Position numbers and translations under genes: made by a program. A DNA stretch of 64,000 bases, from IMG/VR virus record IMGVR_UViG_3300037047_000121; one strand, 5' to 3'. This document shows, piece after piece, positions 26,763-36,257 of the stretch. This DNA is from a virus. The notes beneath the pieces are model-generated. The model ran no database searches and was not told the DNA's origin. It was given only the letters and a program-made list of their open reading frames with translations. The first letter of the stretch is position 1. Each line of letters opens with the position of its first letter.

Positions 26763-27344
26763 ATGCGAAGTTTCGATTTCCCACTCAGCGGGGTGATTCC
26801 CCAGGATCATGGCTACTACCTGTTCGCCGGGCTCTGCTCCCTGTTGCCCGAGTTGCATGGGCGACGGGGGTTCCAGGTCGCTCCCGTCCGGGGTACCCGG
26901 CGGCGGGATGGGAATCTCCTGCTGGATCACAAGTCGATCCTCAACGTCCGGGGGATTACCGCAGAGGAAGCTCTGCGGATCCAGCACACGGCTTTCGAGA
27001 TCCCGACGGGAACTGTCCTCATCGGAGCAGCCTCCATCCGTGAGCATCGGGGAGGTTCGGTCCTGGCCTCCCGTCAGGTGGTGCTTCGCGGCATCCTCGA
27101 CAAGGAAACCTTCGAGAAGGCTCTCCTGGAGGCACTTCCCTCGGGGGTCGAAAGCTCCGTCGGCCGGGAGCACGTCACGATTCTGCCTGAGCGCAGCGGC
27201 AAGCCCCGTCAGGTGATGCGGGGCTGGTCCGTACGTCTTTCGGGACTGACCGAAGAGCAGTCCCTCGACATCCAGAGCCGGGGGATCGGCTGGGAGCGTC
27301 AGATGGGCTGCGGCGTGTTCTACAGCCCCCGGTACACACGATGA
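26763..27344 (+). CDS. cas6: Cas6 endoribonuclease (Cas6e-like)
   Basis: ATG 26763 after GGAGAGG. The C-terminal glycine-rich loop GIGWERQMGCG (GhGxxxxxGhG) resembles the GIGPAKSMGCG loop of CasE. About 194 aa. Lies next to a CRISPR array. Confidence 0.7.
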   Translation: MRSFDFPLSGVIPQDHGYYLFAGLCSLLPELHGRRGFQVAPVRGTRRRDGNLLLDHKSILNVRGITAEEALRIQHTAFEIPTGTVLIGAASIREHRGGSVLASRQVVLRGILDKETFEKALLEALPSGVESSVGREHVTILPERSGKPRQVMRGWSVRLSGLTEEQSLDIQSRGIGWERQMGCGVFYSPRYTR

Positions 27345-29662
27345 TTTTCTACGCCAAAGGCAAAGAGCGGAGGAACGGACGGGAGTTCTACCCCCGGGGT
27401 TTCACGCTGGAAGGACACACACGAGAGTGTGCCGAAATGGCACTGTTCCTGCTGACGAAGGTTCCGTTCGGGCGTCTCCTTCACCAGAAAATGGCACTTC
27501 AGATCCCGTACGAGGATTTCGTCCGTGTCTGCCTGCTGGCAGTGATCCTGCACGACATCGGCAAATCCGGCCCGGAGTTCTTTGGCATGATCGAGTCTCA
27601 GATCCTGGGGCTGGACCGAAGGAAGCAGAACTACCGACATGAGATCCTCTCCGCCATCATCCTTTTCCGTTTGTGGAAGTGGCTTGTCAAGGCAGCAGGA
27701 AACAAAAGATATGCCAAGTACGTGTTGTCCGCTGTCCGAGGGCACCACATCAAAACGGAAAAGGAACTGAACGACTCTTCCGAGAAAATACGGGAATGGC
27801 GTGCTGTCGACGTCATCCAGATCTACAATGATATCTTGGCTCAGTACGGGTTTCCACACATCACGGATGCCCCCTGGAAAAACAACGCGGTAAAACTTTC
27901 CTCCCGACAGGTTGCTCTGGCCAATCGTATTTTCCGGGAGGACGAGCATTTCAGCGAAGATCAAATGGCGGAAACGCCGGAGTCACTCGCTGTCAAATTC
28001 GTACTGGTGCTCTCGGACACGTTGGGGTCGCTCTCCTGGAAAAGCCCTGAACAGCAGCCCGGGTTCAACGACACGATCAAGGATTTCGTGCGACAGATCT
28101 ATGCCCCACGAAACATCGACTACAAGTCCCGCATCCAGGGGTGGGATACGATCCAGCACACATTGCGGGATTTTCAGAAGGACATCCAGACCGTGGAGGG
28201 GGATGCCATCCTGCAAGCATTCTGCGGGGGAGGAAAAACGGCAGCGGTACTTTTGTGGGCATCAAGGTGTCCCCAGATTCCGCTTGTCATCACGACTCCC
28301 ACTACGGGAACAAGTTCCCAGCTTTTCCAGGACTACGGCCGGATCGATCAGGACTTCAATCGGCACTCCCGTGCAAGTGTGGACTCCCTGATCCGGTGGC
28401 TGGCAAAACAGAACACAAACGTCCCTGACTTTCTGAACCCGTACAATGAAGCGAAGGAGGTGGGGGAAAAAGAGACCCCGGAGAAAGCGTGGGAAAAGGA
28501 AGAGCAAGAGGCTGCGGAAGAGTCTCTCGCGGTGGCGGACACGTTCGCGTCTTGTCTCAAAGACGTCACGTTTGCCACGGTGGATCAGGTGCTGGGGGTC
28601 ATGAGCTACTCCCGTAAATCGATCCTCTGGCTGCTCTACCTCGTAATGGCGCAGATGGCTTTCGACGAGTTCCACGCCTATGACGAGGAACTGACCCGCT
28701 GGCATCAGCAATTTCTGCGGTTTTTCCCGGGAATCCGCACTCTGAATCTGAGTGCCACGATTGCGGAACAGCAGCGCCGACGGGTACTGGATGTTCGACC
28801 TCACGCCCAGTTCATAACCACCAAGGAGTCGGACGGAGACAAACCGAGGTACCAGCTTCACCTTCTGGGCAGTGAACAGGAAGCCCTCACCCATTTCCGG
28901 GATGCCCGCAAGGTACTCTGGATTTCCAACAAGGTGGCTGACTGCCAGCGAGTGGCAGCGTTGTTTGACGACGCCTTGTGCTACCATGCTCGGTTCCGAT
29001 ACTACGACCGAGTGGCCATCCACGCAGAGATGGTGGCAGCATTCCGAGACAAGCAGGAACTCCGGGAAATCCGGGCTGTTACCACCCAGGTTGCGGAGAT
29101 GTCTTTGGACATTTCCGCCATGCTTGGGATCTTCGCGCTGTGTCCGTTTGTCTCATTGATCCAGCGACTCGGCCGAATCAACCGGATGCTGGAATACGGC
29201 GTGGCGGATGTTTACATCTACCGCCCGGAACGTCCGTCCCCTTACGTCATGGTACGAACGGACAAAGCGGTTGAGGAGGTCTTCCGTTCGTGGGAGGACG
29301 CTATCCGTCCGCTGCTCGGTCGCCCCGTTTCTCAGCGGGAACTGATGGAGCACGCGGCGTCCCTCCCCGCGGGAGTGCCCCCGGATCTGAACGTGTATCA
29401 ACCGATGATCGCAACAGCCCGAAGATCGCTGCGGGACGGGGGTACCTACAGCATCGTGTTGCAGCAGGATTGGGAGAAAAACCCCAAGAGATTCGAGGAC
29501 TCCCGAATTGTGAGTGCCTACGAGATTCCGACCAATGAGTACGATCTGGAGGAAGCTCTGAAGGCCAAACGGGAAGGACGGGAAGTTCACCACCGGCTGG
29601 TACTGCCCCGTGAATATGATGCGCGTCTGGGGCTTTTTCCTAAAAAGGGGATCATCCGCTGA
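27341..29662 (+). CDS. cas3: Cas3 HD nuclease-helicase
   Basis: HD domain (GHTRE, ILHDIGK, YRHEI). Helicase motifs are Walker A CGGGKTAA, DExH DEFH, SAT (LSATIAE) and motif VI QRLGRINR. ATGA overlap with cas6. Confidence 0.9.
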   Translation: MIFYAKGKERRNGREFYPRGFTLEGHTRECAEMALFLLTKVPFGRLLHQKMALQIPYEDFVRVCLLAVILHDIGKSGPEFFGMIESQILGLDRRKQNYRHEILSAIILFRLWKWLVKAAGNKRYAKYVLSAVRGHHIKTEKELNDSSEKIREWRAVDVIQIYNDILAQYGFPHITDAPWKNNAVKLSSRQVALANRIFREDEHFSEDQMAETPESLAVKFVLVLSDTLGSLSWKSPEQQPGFNDTIKDFVRQIYAPRNIDYKSRIQGWDTIQHTLRDFQKDIQTVEGDAILQAFCGGGKTAAVLLWASRCPQIPLVITTPTTGTSSQLFQDYGRIDQDFNRHSRASVDSLIRWLAKQNTNVPDFLNPYNEAKEVGEKETPEKAWEKEEQEAAEESLAVADTFASCLKDVTFATVDQVLGVMSYSRKSILWLLYLVMAQMAFDEFHAYDEELTRWHQQFLRFFPGIRTLNLSATIAEQQRRRVLDVRPHAQFITTKESDGDKPRYQLHLLGSEQEALTHFRDARKVLWISNKVADCQRVAALFDDALCYHARFRYYDRVAIHAEMVAAFRDKQELREIRAVTTQVAEMSLDISAMLGIFALCPFVSLIQRLGRINRMLEYGVADVYIYRPERPSPYVMVRTDKAVEEVFRSWEDAIRPLLGRPVSQRELMEHAASLPAGVPPDLNVYQPMIATARRSLRDGGTYSIVLQQDWEKNPKRFEDSRIVSAYEIPTNEYDLEEALKAKREGREVHHRLVLPREYDARLGLFPKKGIIR

Positions 29663-29675
29663 CCTACCTGAGTAG
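29648..29675 (+). promoter_or_regulatory. GGGATCAT-N14-GAGTAG promoter-like motif inside the 3' end of cas3
   Basis: Motif copy immediately upstream of the large-subunit gene. Confidence 0.4.
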
Positions 29676-29701
29676 GTAGCCCGATGTGTTTTGGAGGATT
29701 G

Positions 29702-31465
29702 ATGGAAACCTGGGTCTACGATCTGAACACGGAATTCGACCCGGTCATTCGAGCCGGGATTCACGGGCTGGCTCTGGTGCTCGGGCATGCGGAAGGCAAC
29801 CCGCTTTTCCCGGCAGTGCACCAGGAGCCCGGGGTTCTGGAGTGGGAACTGACGGACACCACGCTCACCGTCCGTTTCCGGGACGAGGAGCCGCTCAACA
29901 GGATGATGCAGGGCATGTTCGGAACATGCCCCAATGGAGCCCTTCTGCATCCCGCCCGTGAAGTGACCCCCGGAAAGAACGGTTACTATGCCACAGCGCA
30001 GTGCCACCGTGGCATCATCCAGGTTTTCTCCGGGGGTATGAGTTCCACCAAGCGGACCAAATCTCTGGGTGAAGCCTCCCTGCCTGATGCCCTGAAAAGC
30101 TACAGGGCAAACATAACGGTCGGGAAGGCTTCCGGAGTAGTTCGGAAACGTGAGGGGAAAGAGCCCCTTCGCTACGACATCGAGATCACCCCGCACTACC
30201 CGCTGCCTCGTATCGAGGTCGACGGGAAAAGCGAACTGGTCATCAAGAACCACTTCGCTTTCCAGCAGAAGGGCAAGAAGAAGGTTTCTGAGGACAAGGG
30301 TGGCATGACGGGAGGGTTTCACCCGGCATACAACGAATGGAACAAGCGAAGCATCGATGCACCGAACCGCATCCGTTTCGCAGTGGCGTTCAGCCCTCTC
30401 TCCTATGTCTTTACCAGATGGCGCAAGGGTGCCGTTCAGGGGAAGGCAGGAGACAAGCAGAAGGGATGTGTCGGAGTCAGCCTCGATTTCGAGACATTTT
30501 CCCGGGCTTGGGGTTTCCACCGTCGGTACGGACTGAGTATGCACCCCAACCGCACGGAAGAGGTTTTTCAGAACCTCTTCCGCGTGGATGCAGACTACCC
30601 GGTGGCTGCGGTGGCACTCCTGACGCTACTGGAGGCTGATGTCGGGCGTTCCTATCACGTAGTGCAGTGTCCGGATAACGGCAAACCGTCTGCGCATGAG
30701 ATCCCCTTCGAGGGCGTGGACGGTTTGCTGCTCAAGTTCCGACAGGCTCTGCGTCAGGAAATGGTCGAAGGCGGAGTTGAGTTCCTACACCGCATCAAGA
30801 GCCCCTGGCTCTTCCCCCAGGGCAAGGCTCAGCGAGAGTCTCTGTTTGACGTACTCTGGAACAACGTCGGTTTCGGGCAGCCCTGGTACCGCGGACTTTT
30901 CGTCCGCAAGGGCATGCCCAGCAGCAATCTGCGTCGCGTGATGAGGGGCATCGTGAACATTTTCGGTACGGAACAGCACAAGCGGCTTCATCAGGAACTG
31001 CGGAACATGCGGAACCTTCTGGTTCACGCCAAGGCGGAGACCCGGGCACGTCGAGGGGACGCGCCCCCGATTCAGAGGGACTGGGAGCAGGTGGATCAGG
31101 ACATGGTCTCCGTCCACTTCCGCACGGCCCACGTTTTCGGAGACGTGATGGGGGCGCTGGCTCACGCCAACGACCAGATCATCCGCCGCGGAAAGCGCCC
31201 GCCCCTGTCTGCGGACTCCGTCATGCTCGTTCGCGAAATGGCGCAGAGCGATCCGCGCGGAACGGCGGACCTGCTGTCCATCCTGTTTGCGACCGAGACC
31301 CCGGCCGACATGGAACGCCGCGTCGCCAACAGGGCAAAGAAGAACGGTGCGGGGGTGCCCACCCCCGTGCCCACGGAAAACACCGAGGAGCCGAGCGATT
31401 TCGGTTTCTCGGAACTGGATCCGAACGTCATGGAAGAAGAGGAAGAGGAAGAGATCAATGCGTGA
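29702..31465 (+). CDS. cas8: Cas8-like large subunit (possibly with C-terminal Cas11-like region)
   Basis: 587-593 aa ORF between cas3 and cas7 in the Cascade position. ATG 29702 has a GGAGGA RBS; the alternative ATG is at 29684 (track). No separate small-subunit gene is present. Confidence 0.55.
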   Translation: METWVYDLNTEFDPVIRAGIHGLALVLGHAEGNPLFPAVHQEPGVLEWELTDTTLTVRFRDEEPLNRMMQGMFGTCPNGALLHPAREVTPGKNGYYATAQCHRGIIQVFSGGMSSTKRTKSLGEASLPDALKSYRANITVGKASGVVRKREGKEPLRYDIEITPHYPLPRIEVDGKSELVIKNHFAFQQKGKKKVSEDKGGMTGGFHPAYNEWNKRSIDAPNRIRFAVAFSPLSYVFTRWRKGAVQGKAGDKQKGCVGVSLDFETFSRAWGFHRRYGLSMHPNRTEEVFQNLFRVDADYPVAAVALLTLLEADVGRSYHVVQCPDNGKPSAHEIPFEGVDGLLLKFRQALRQEMVEGGVEFLHRIKSPWLFPQGKAQRESLFDVLWNNVGFGQPWYRGLFVRKGMPSSNLRRVMRGIVNIFGTEQHKRLHQELRNMRNLLVHAKAETRARRGDAPPIQRDWEQVDQDMVSVHFRTAHVFGDVMGALAHANDQIIRRGKRPPLSADSVMLVREMAQSDPRGTADLLSILFATETPADMERRVANRAKKNGAGVPTPVPTENTEEPSDFGFSELDPNVMEEEEEEEINA

Positions 31466-32348
31466 CAACTACCTGTCGATCGTCATCGTGACCAAGCCGT
31501 TCCTGGCCGCCAACGCGCGTGGGGAACTGGTCGGGGGGCACACCTCCGGACTCCAGTTGATCACGGTCGGGAACAAGGTCTACACCGTGATCAACGGCTA
31601 CTCCCTGGCCTACGCTCTCCGGCAGGCGCTGGAGGACCAGGGGGCCACGGTGTGGCGCCGGGTCGATCGGGACACCGTGACCGGGTTCGACTACAACGGC
31701 AGCCCCGTCCCCCTGTCCTACCCGGGCGACCGTTTCGAGTTCCACGACACCGCCCTGCGCGGTTTCATGGACACCCAGGGTGAGGCGGGCAAGAAATGCT
31801 CCCTGATGGAGATCTCCTGCGCGGTCTCGACCGAGCCGTACCACGGCGACGAGGGGTTCTCGATCGGGCACAAGAACAAGATCGCGGCTGCCACGACCAA
31901 CGCCCCGGTCACGGCCCCGGACACGGCCAACACCGCAGACGACACCGACCGTAGCGCGAAGAACCCGTTCCAGTACCAGCGCAGCTACACCCGGACGACC
32001 TTCGTCCTGACCTTCGACCTGCGGGCGCTCTCCTGTGACGTCGCACGGGAGTCGATCCACATGGTGACGACGGCGCTGGCGGAACTCCAGGTGGGCGGCA
32101 GTCAGGCGGCCAACAAGTCCACGCTGATCGCGGAGTGGGTGGCCTGGAACACCCACCCCACGGCGGGAACGGCGGGTCTGGCCTTCTCGGTCGCGGACAC
32201 GAAGGGCTGGCCGCTGGACGCCCCCCTGACCGAGGCCCAGATCCGGGCCGGGCTGAATCGGGCGAAGCGGGGGTACCGGCTGAGCCAGAACGTCGACGAT
32301 CTCGTGGACGACCTGCTGACCCGCGGGATCGCCAAGGAGATGGTGTGA
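31458..32348 (+). CDS. cas7: Cas7 backbone subunit
   Basis: ATG 31458 overlapping the cas8 stop. N-terminus LSIVIVTKPFLAANARGEL and GYSLAYALRQ resemble Cas7e (LISHSPSCLNRDD...SSQSLKRAVR). About 297 aa. Confidence 0.7.
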   Translation: MRDNYLSIVIVTKPFLAANARGELVGGHTSGLQLITVGNKVYTVINGYSLAYALRQALEDQGATVWRRVDRDTVTGFDYNGSPVPLSYPGDRFEFHDTALRGFMDTQGEAGKKCSLMEISCAVSTEPYHGDEGFSIGHKNKIAAATTNAPVTAPDTANTADDTDRSAKNPFQYQRSYTRTTFVLTFDLRALSCDVARESIHMVTTALAELQVGGSQAANKSTLIAEWVAWNTHPTAGTAGLAFSVADTKGWPLDAPLTEAQIRAGLNRAKRGYRLSQNVDDLVDDLLTRGIAKEMV

Positions 32349-33004
32349 TGGAGCCGATCGTGTCCCTCGGAGTCTGGGTGGCCTCGGGACACTACCCGGC
32401 ACCTGGGTCGAAGCAGTTGATGGCACAGGTGCCGAGTTTCCCGGTCGCTCCCCCGTCGACGGTCGTGGGGTTTCTGGGCAGTCTCTGCGGGCAGTTCCCG
32501 AAGGACATGCACAAGGCGGTGGGTGCGTCGGAGTTTGCCTATGGCTGGCTCCGACGACCCGCTGGTCGGGGCATCGTCATGTTCAAGGACCATGTGAACG
32601 CCTCGTTCCAGGGCCCCTTGAAAGAGGCGATGGCCCGGCTCACCAAAAAGAAGAACGGCGAGTCGACCCGGCCGGTCTTGCGGGAAATCTTCTACGACAT
32701 GGACTACCGGATCGTCGTGCGGGGCCCCTACGCGGAGCGCGTTCAGCAGGCACTGGAGCACGACGAGCGCCGGGGGATTCTCTACCTGGGTGGTTCTACC
32801 GACATCGTTCACACGGTGGACGCCGAGTGCGACGGCTCCAGCGAGTGGGTCGTCCCGGTGGATGGGCTGATCGGGTTCCGCCTTCCCGTGAACACGGGAC
32901 GTGGGGCATCGACGATCAGCGCGCAGTACCGGGTGTTCCGGTTCAACCCCGCAACGCCAGAGATCCCGGACAAGGCATGGATGTCCCTGTCCGCTGCCTT
33001 CTAA
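32348..33004 (+). CDS. cas5: Cas5 subunit
   Basis: ATG 32348 (TGATG overlap). VPSFPVAPPSTVVGFLGSLCGQ matches the Cas5 N-terminal glycine-rich motif (PTRSGLLGLLGACLG in CasD). About 219 aa. Confidence 0.7.
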   Translation: MEPIVSLGVWVASGHYPAPGSKQLMAQVPSFPVAPPSTVVGFLGSLCGQFPKDMHKAVGASEFAYGWLRRPAGRGIVMFKDHVNASFQGPLKEAMARLTKKKNGESTRPVLREIFYDMDYRIVVRGPYAERVQQALEHDERRGILYLGGSTDIVHTVDAECDGSSEWVVPVDGLIGFRLPVNTGRGASTISAQYRVFRFNPATPEIPDKAWMSLSAAF

Positions 33005-33007
33005 CAT

Positions 33008-33059
33008 CGGGTTTGCGAGCGGTGCCATGACCCCCTAAAACCCCGTCACCGCTCGCAAA
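33008..33059 (+). terminator. 16-bp stem hairpin GGGTTTGCGAGCGGTG...CACCGCTCGCAAACCC right after cas5 stop
   Basis: Seen in sequence; part of the array 2 leader and homologous to a weaker hairpin in leader 1. Confidence 0.4.
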
Positions 33060-33060
33060 C

Positions 33061-33203
33061 CCGCAAGAGGAGGAGTTCTTTGACAATCCGAGAGCTAATG
33101 AAAACCAGAAGCAACAAAACCACCCCACTGACAGTGTGGAAACCGCCACCGCTCGAAAATGGGGTACTAACCCCCGGAAATGAGTGGGCTTTTAGAGGGT
33201 GGG
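33061..33203 (+). promoter_or_regulatory. CRISPR array 2 leader (A-rich; shares GTTCTTTGA and CTCGAAAATGGG blocks with leader 1)
   Basis: Sequence comparison of the two pre-array regions. Confidence 0.45.
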
Positions 33204-35812
33204 GTAACAATCCCTTCTGACCCCAAAAGGTTTAGCCACGAGAAGCTCGTCGAGCCGTCCGACAACCGGGTACTCGTAACAATCCCTTCTGACCCCAAAA
33301 GGTTTAGCCACAAAACCACTGTGCGGTACACCGCAGAGCAACTGCCCATGGTAACAATCCCTTCTGACCCCAAAAGGTTTAGCCACACGCAGGCGCAGGT
33401 CGAGGAGGTGATCGCAGGGCTGGTAACAATCCCTTCTGACCCCAAAAGGTTTAGCCACGGGGCAGAAGTGGTTGACCCTGGAAGACGCCGTGTGTAACAA
33501 TCCCTTCTGACCCCAAAAGGTTTAGCCACAGGGTCATCGGCACTCGCCCCCGTCGCTGCCCCGAGTGTAACAATCCCTTCTGACCCCAAAAGGTTTAGCC
33601 ACTAGATGTTGCGCAGCCGAATGTCTGACAATCCCGGGGTAACAATCCCTTCTGACCCCAAAAGGTTTAGCCACATGGTCGGTTCCGAATGGGACGTTCC
33701 GGCCGAAACCCGTAACAATCCCTTCTGACCCCAAAAGGTTTAGCCACGAGGGAGAGCCGATGGGCGCGGCCGCCAGGGAGCGCGGTAACAATCCCTTCTG
33801 ACCCCAAAAGGTTTAGCCACTGCCTGGGGGGACAACATGGCCTGGGGTGACCCGAAGTAACAATCCCTTCTGACCCCAAAAGGTTTAGCCACTGGCTACC
33901 GGCGAGTACAGATTGTCCATGGTGTCGTGTAACAATCCCTTCTGACCCCAAAAGGTTTAGCCACGCGACGCTGCGGGGCTCCCTGTCATCCGGCACGGAG
34001 GTGTAACAATCCCTTCTGACCCCAAAAGGTTTAGCCACCTCCCTCGCGGCCGCGGCATGGCTCCACGGTCGGTGGTAACAATCCCTTCTGACCCCAAAAG
34101 GTTTAGCCACCTCGACGAACTCATGGATGCCGTCGGTACCTGACCACGTTCCAATCCCTTCTGACCCTAGAGGTTTAGCCACACTATGCTGAATCGGTGC
34201 AGTGGAAGCACGCCGCGGCTGGCAACAATCCCTTCTGACCCCAAAAGGTTTAGCCACGACGGGAGGGGCAAGAGGATCCGCTACGGGTGCATCTGGTAAC
34301 AATCCCTTTTTACCTCTAACGGTTTGGCAACAGTAGCCCCGCGGGACGTGCCGGTCCCAGGCCGCCTTCGTAACAATCCCTTCTTACCTCCGATGGTTTA
34401 GCCACCCTATCAGCGGGCATGTTGCTCGCGGTGACAGTGACATAACAATCCCTTCTGACCTCTGATGGTTTAGCCACAGGCAGGCGGCGCCGCAAGCCGT
34501 CCAGTACTCCTGGTAACAATCCCTTCTGACCTCAAAAGGTTTAGCCACGAGCAGTACAGGGGCTGGGAGTGCGAGGAGGACGAGTCGTTACAATCCCTTC
34601 CGTCCTCTGATGGTTTAGCCACAACCTCCTGGCGAACCGCAGCGACCCCAAGCCGCTGGTAACAGTCCCTTCTGACCTCAAAAGGTTTGGCAACACGCAC
34701 ACCCCGTTCGCGTGCCTCCCGTTCGGCCAGTGACAAATCCCTTCTGACCCTCTAATGGTTTAGCCACCCATCGACGACCTCCACTTCGTCAGTCCCGTAG
34801 GTCTCGGAACAATCCCTTCTGACCAGCAACGGTTTAGCAACGGCCCACAGGGTGCTGGGAATTCGACTGCATTCTGGATGACAATCCCTTCTGACCTCTG
34901 ACGGTTTAGCCACCCATGTCGTTTCCCCCAGCGGCGCACCAGCGCCATGTTCGTAACAATCCCTTCTGATCCCAAAAGGTTTAGCCACTCCTTCGGGTGA
35001 TTTCGCCTTCTCCGCGGACGGTGGGTAACCGTCCCTTCTTACCTCAAATGGTTTAGCCACGTCTGCGCCTGTGTGACGCGCGCCTCGATGACGCGGTAAC
35101 AATTCCTTCTTACCTCTGAGGGTTTAGCCACGAACGTTCGGTTGATCTCCGGCGCGAGTTAGAAATCGTAGCAATCCCTTCTGACCTCTGATGGTTTAGC
35201 CACGGAATAACGGCGGCGCTGTCGGAGCACATGTCTGTGTAACAATCCCTTTTTCCCAAAGGGTTTAGCCACACCGGGTCGTTCGGTCGGTTTGTCGGTA
35301 CGTTTAACAATCCCTCTGACCATCCGAGGTTTAGCCACCCGTAGTACGGGGACACGCCTCCGGCCTTGATCTGGTAACAATCCCTTCTGACCTCTGATGG
35401 TTTAGCCACTCCTCATCCACGTACCAGACGTGCGTGGGAGGCCATAACAATCCCTTCTAGCTCATTGCGTTTAGCTACAACCACAGCCACAGCGTGCATC
35501 GGAGCACGAGACGTAATACGTCCGCAGCACTTTCCCGTCTCATCCCCAGAGGTTTGGTAACGTACCGCAAGTACTCGATCAGTGGATTTGTGCCGGGCTA
35601 CAATCCCGTTTTGCCTCAAGGTTTGGTAACGGTTCACAGACGGGTTTTACCATCCCGACTTTCCTACAAGGTTTGGCAACTGCGCGAGCCGGACCAGAAC
35701 TTGGCTCATGTCGCGAGGTTCAATCCCTGCTGACCATTTCGTGGTTTGGCAATAGTCGGGGGGTTGGAAAACCCAAGGACACAATCCCTGCTTAAACTCT
35801 AAACCAAAGGAA
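33204..35812 (+). CRISPR. CRISPR array 2: about 34 repeat units, 36-bp repeat GTAACAATCCCTTCTGACCCCAAAAGGTTTAGCCAC, spacers 36-39 bp
   Basis: About 15 near-identical units run from 33204 to about 34260. The next about 20 units carry a second sub-consensus (...CTGACCTCTGATGGTTTAGCCAC) and many point variants, some ending GTTTGGCAAC as in array 1. The final units (35530-35812) are highly degenerate. Confidence 0.9.
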
Positions 35813-35816
35813 AACC

Positions 35817-36257
35817 ATGCGCATCTGGTCCCTACACCCTTCAGTTCTCGACCGTCAGGGACTTGCCCGCTACTGGACGGAGGGCTGGCTTGCATTCCGG
35901 GTCCTCTTGGGTCAGACCAAAGGCTACCGGAATCACCCCCAGCTTGACCGTTGGCGCCGTTTCCCCAACCCACCCGCAGCCTTGGCTGCCTACCTCGCCC
36001 CCGTGTTGGCCGAGGCCCACGGGCGTGGATACGCCGTAGACGGCAAGTACGACCCCTCCGTCCTCACCATCTCCCCGGACAAGACCGTGCGGTTGGAAGT
36101 CACCGAGGGTCAGCTTGCCTTCGAGTGGCGCTGGCTTCGGGAGAAACTTCGCCGCAGCCCTACCACGTGGGCCGAAATGCCCGCGAAACCAATTCCACAC
36201 CCAATGGTTGATCTCGTGCCCGGATCCGTTGAGCCGTGGGAGCGATCTTCCCTCTGA
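35817..36257 (+). CDS. pyrimidine-dimer DNA glycosylase-like protein (tentative)
   Basis: N-terminus MRIWSLHPSVLDRQGLARYWTEGWLAFRVLLGQTKGYRNHPQLDRW resembles the MRLWSLHP.YLD...GY.NHPQL pattern of bacterial Pyr_excise-family proteins; recalled from memory. Confidence 0.4.
   Translation: MRIWSLHPSVLDRQGLARYWTEGWLAFRVLLGQTKGYRNHPQLDRWRRFPNPPAALAAYLAPVLAEAHGRGYAVDGKYDPSVLTISPDKTVRLEVTEGQLAFEWRWLREKLRRSPTTWAEMPAKPIPHPMVDLVPGSVEPWERSSL

Noticed and set aside
29153-33028. Long minus-strand ORFs (29153..30544, 31455..32426, 32102..33028) across cas3/cas8/cas7/cas5
   Set aside because: They are antisense to genes with recognisable Cas motifs. Their composition is dominated by Arg/Gly/Pro/His, as in GC-rich shadow frames.
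33167-35637. ORFs translated through the CRISPR arrays (for example peptides repeating VAKPFGVRRDCY or WLNLLGSEGIVT)
   Set aside because: The periodic peptide repeats simply reflect translation of the 36-bp direct repeats; not genes.
26050-35812. Assigning the CRISPR system to a specific canonical subtype (I-B, I-C, I-E or I-G)
   Set aside because: Protein features look I-E-like. But the gene order, missing cas11, a 590-aa large subunit and 36-bp repeats ending GTTTAGCCAC fit none of them cleanly. I left it as unclassified type I rather than force a label without profile searches.
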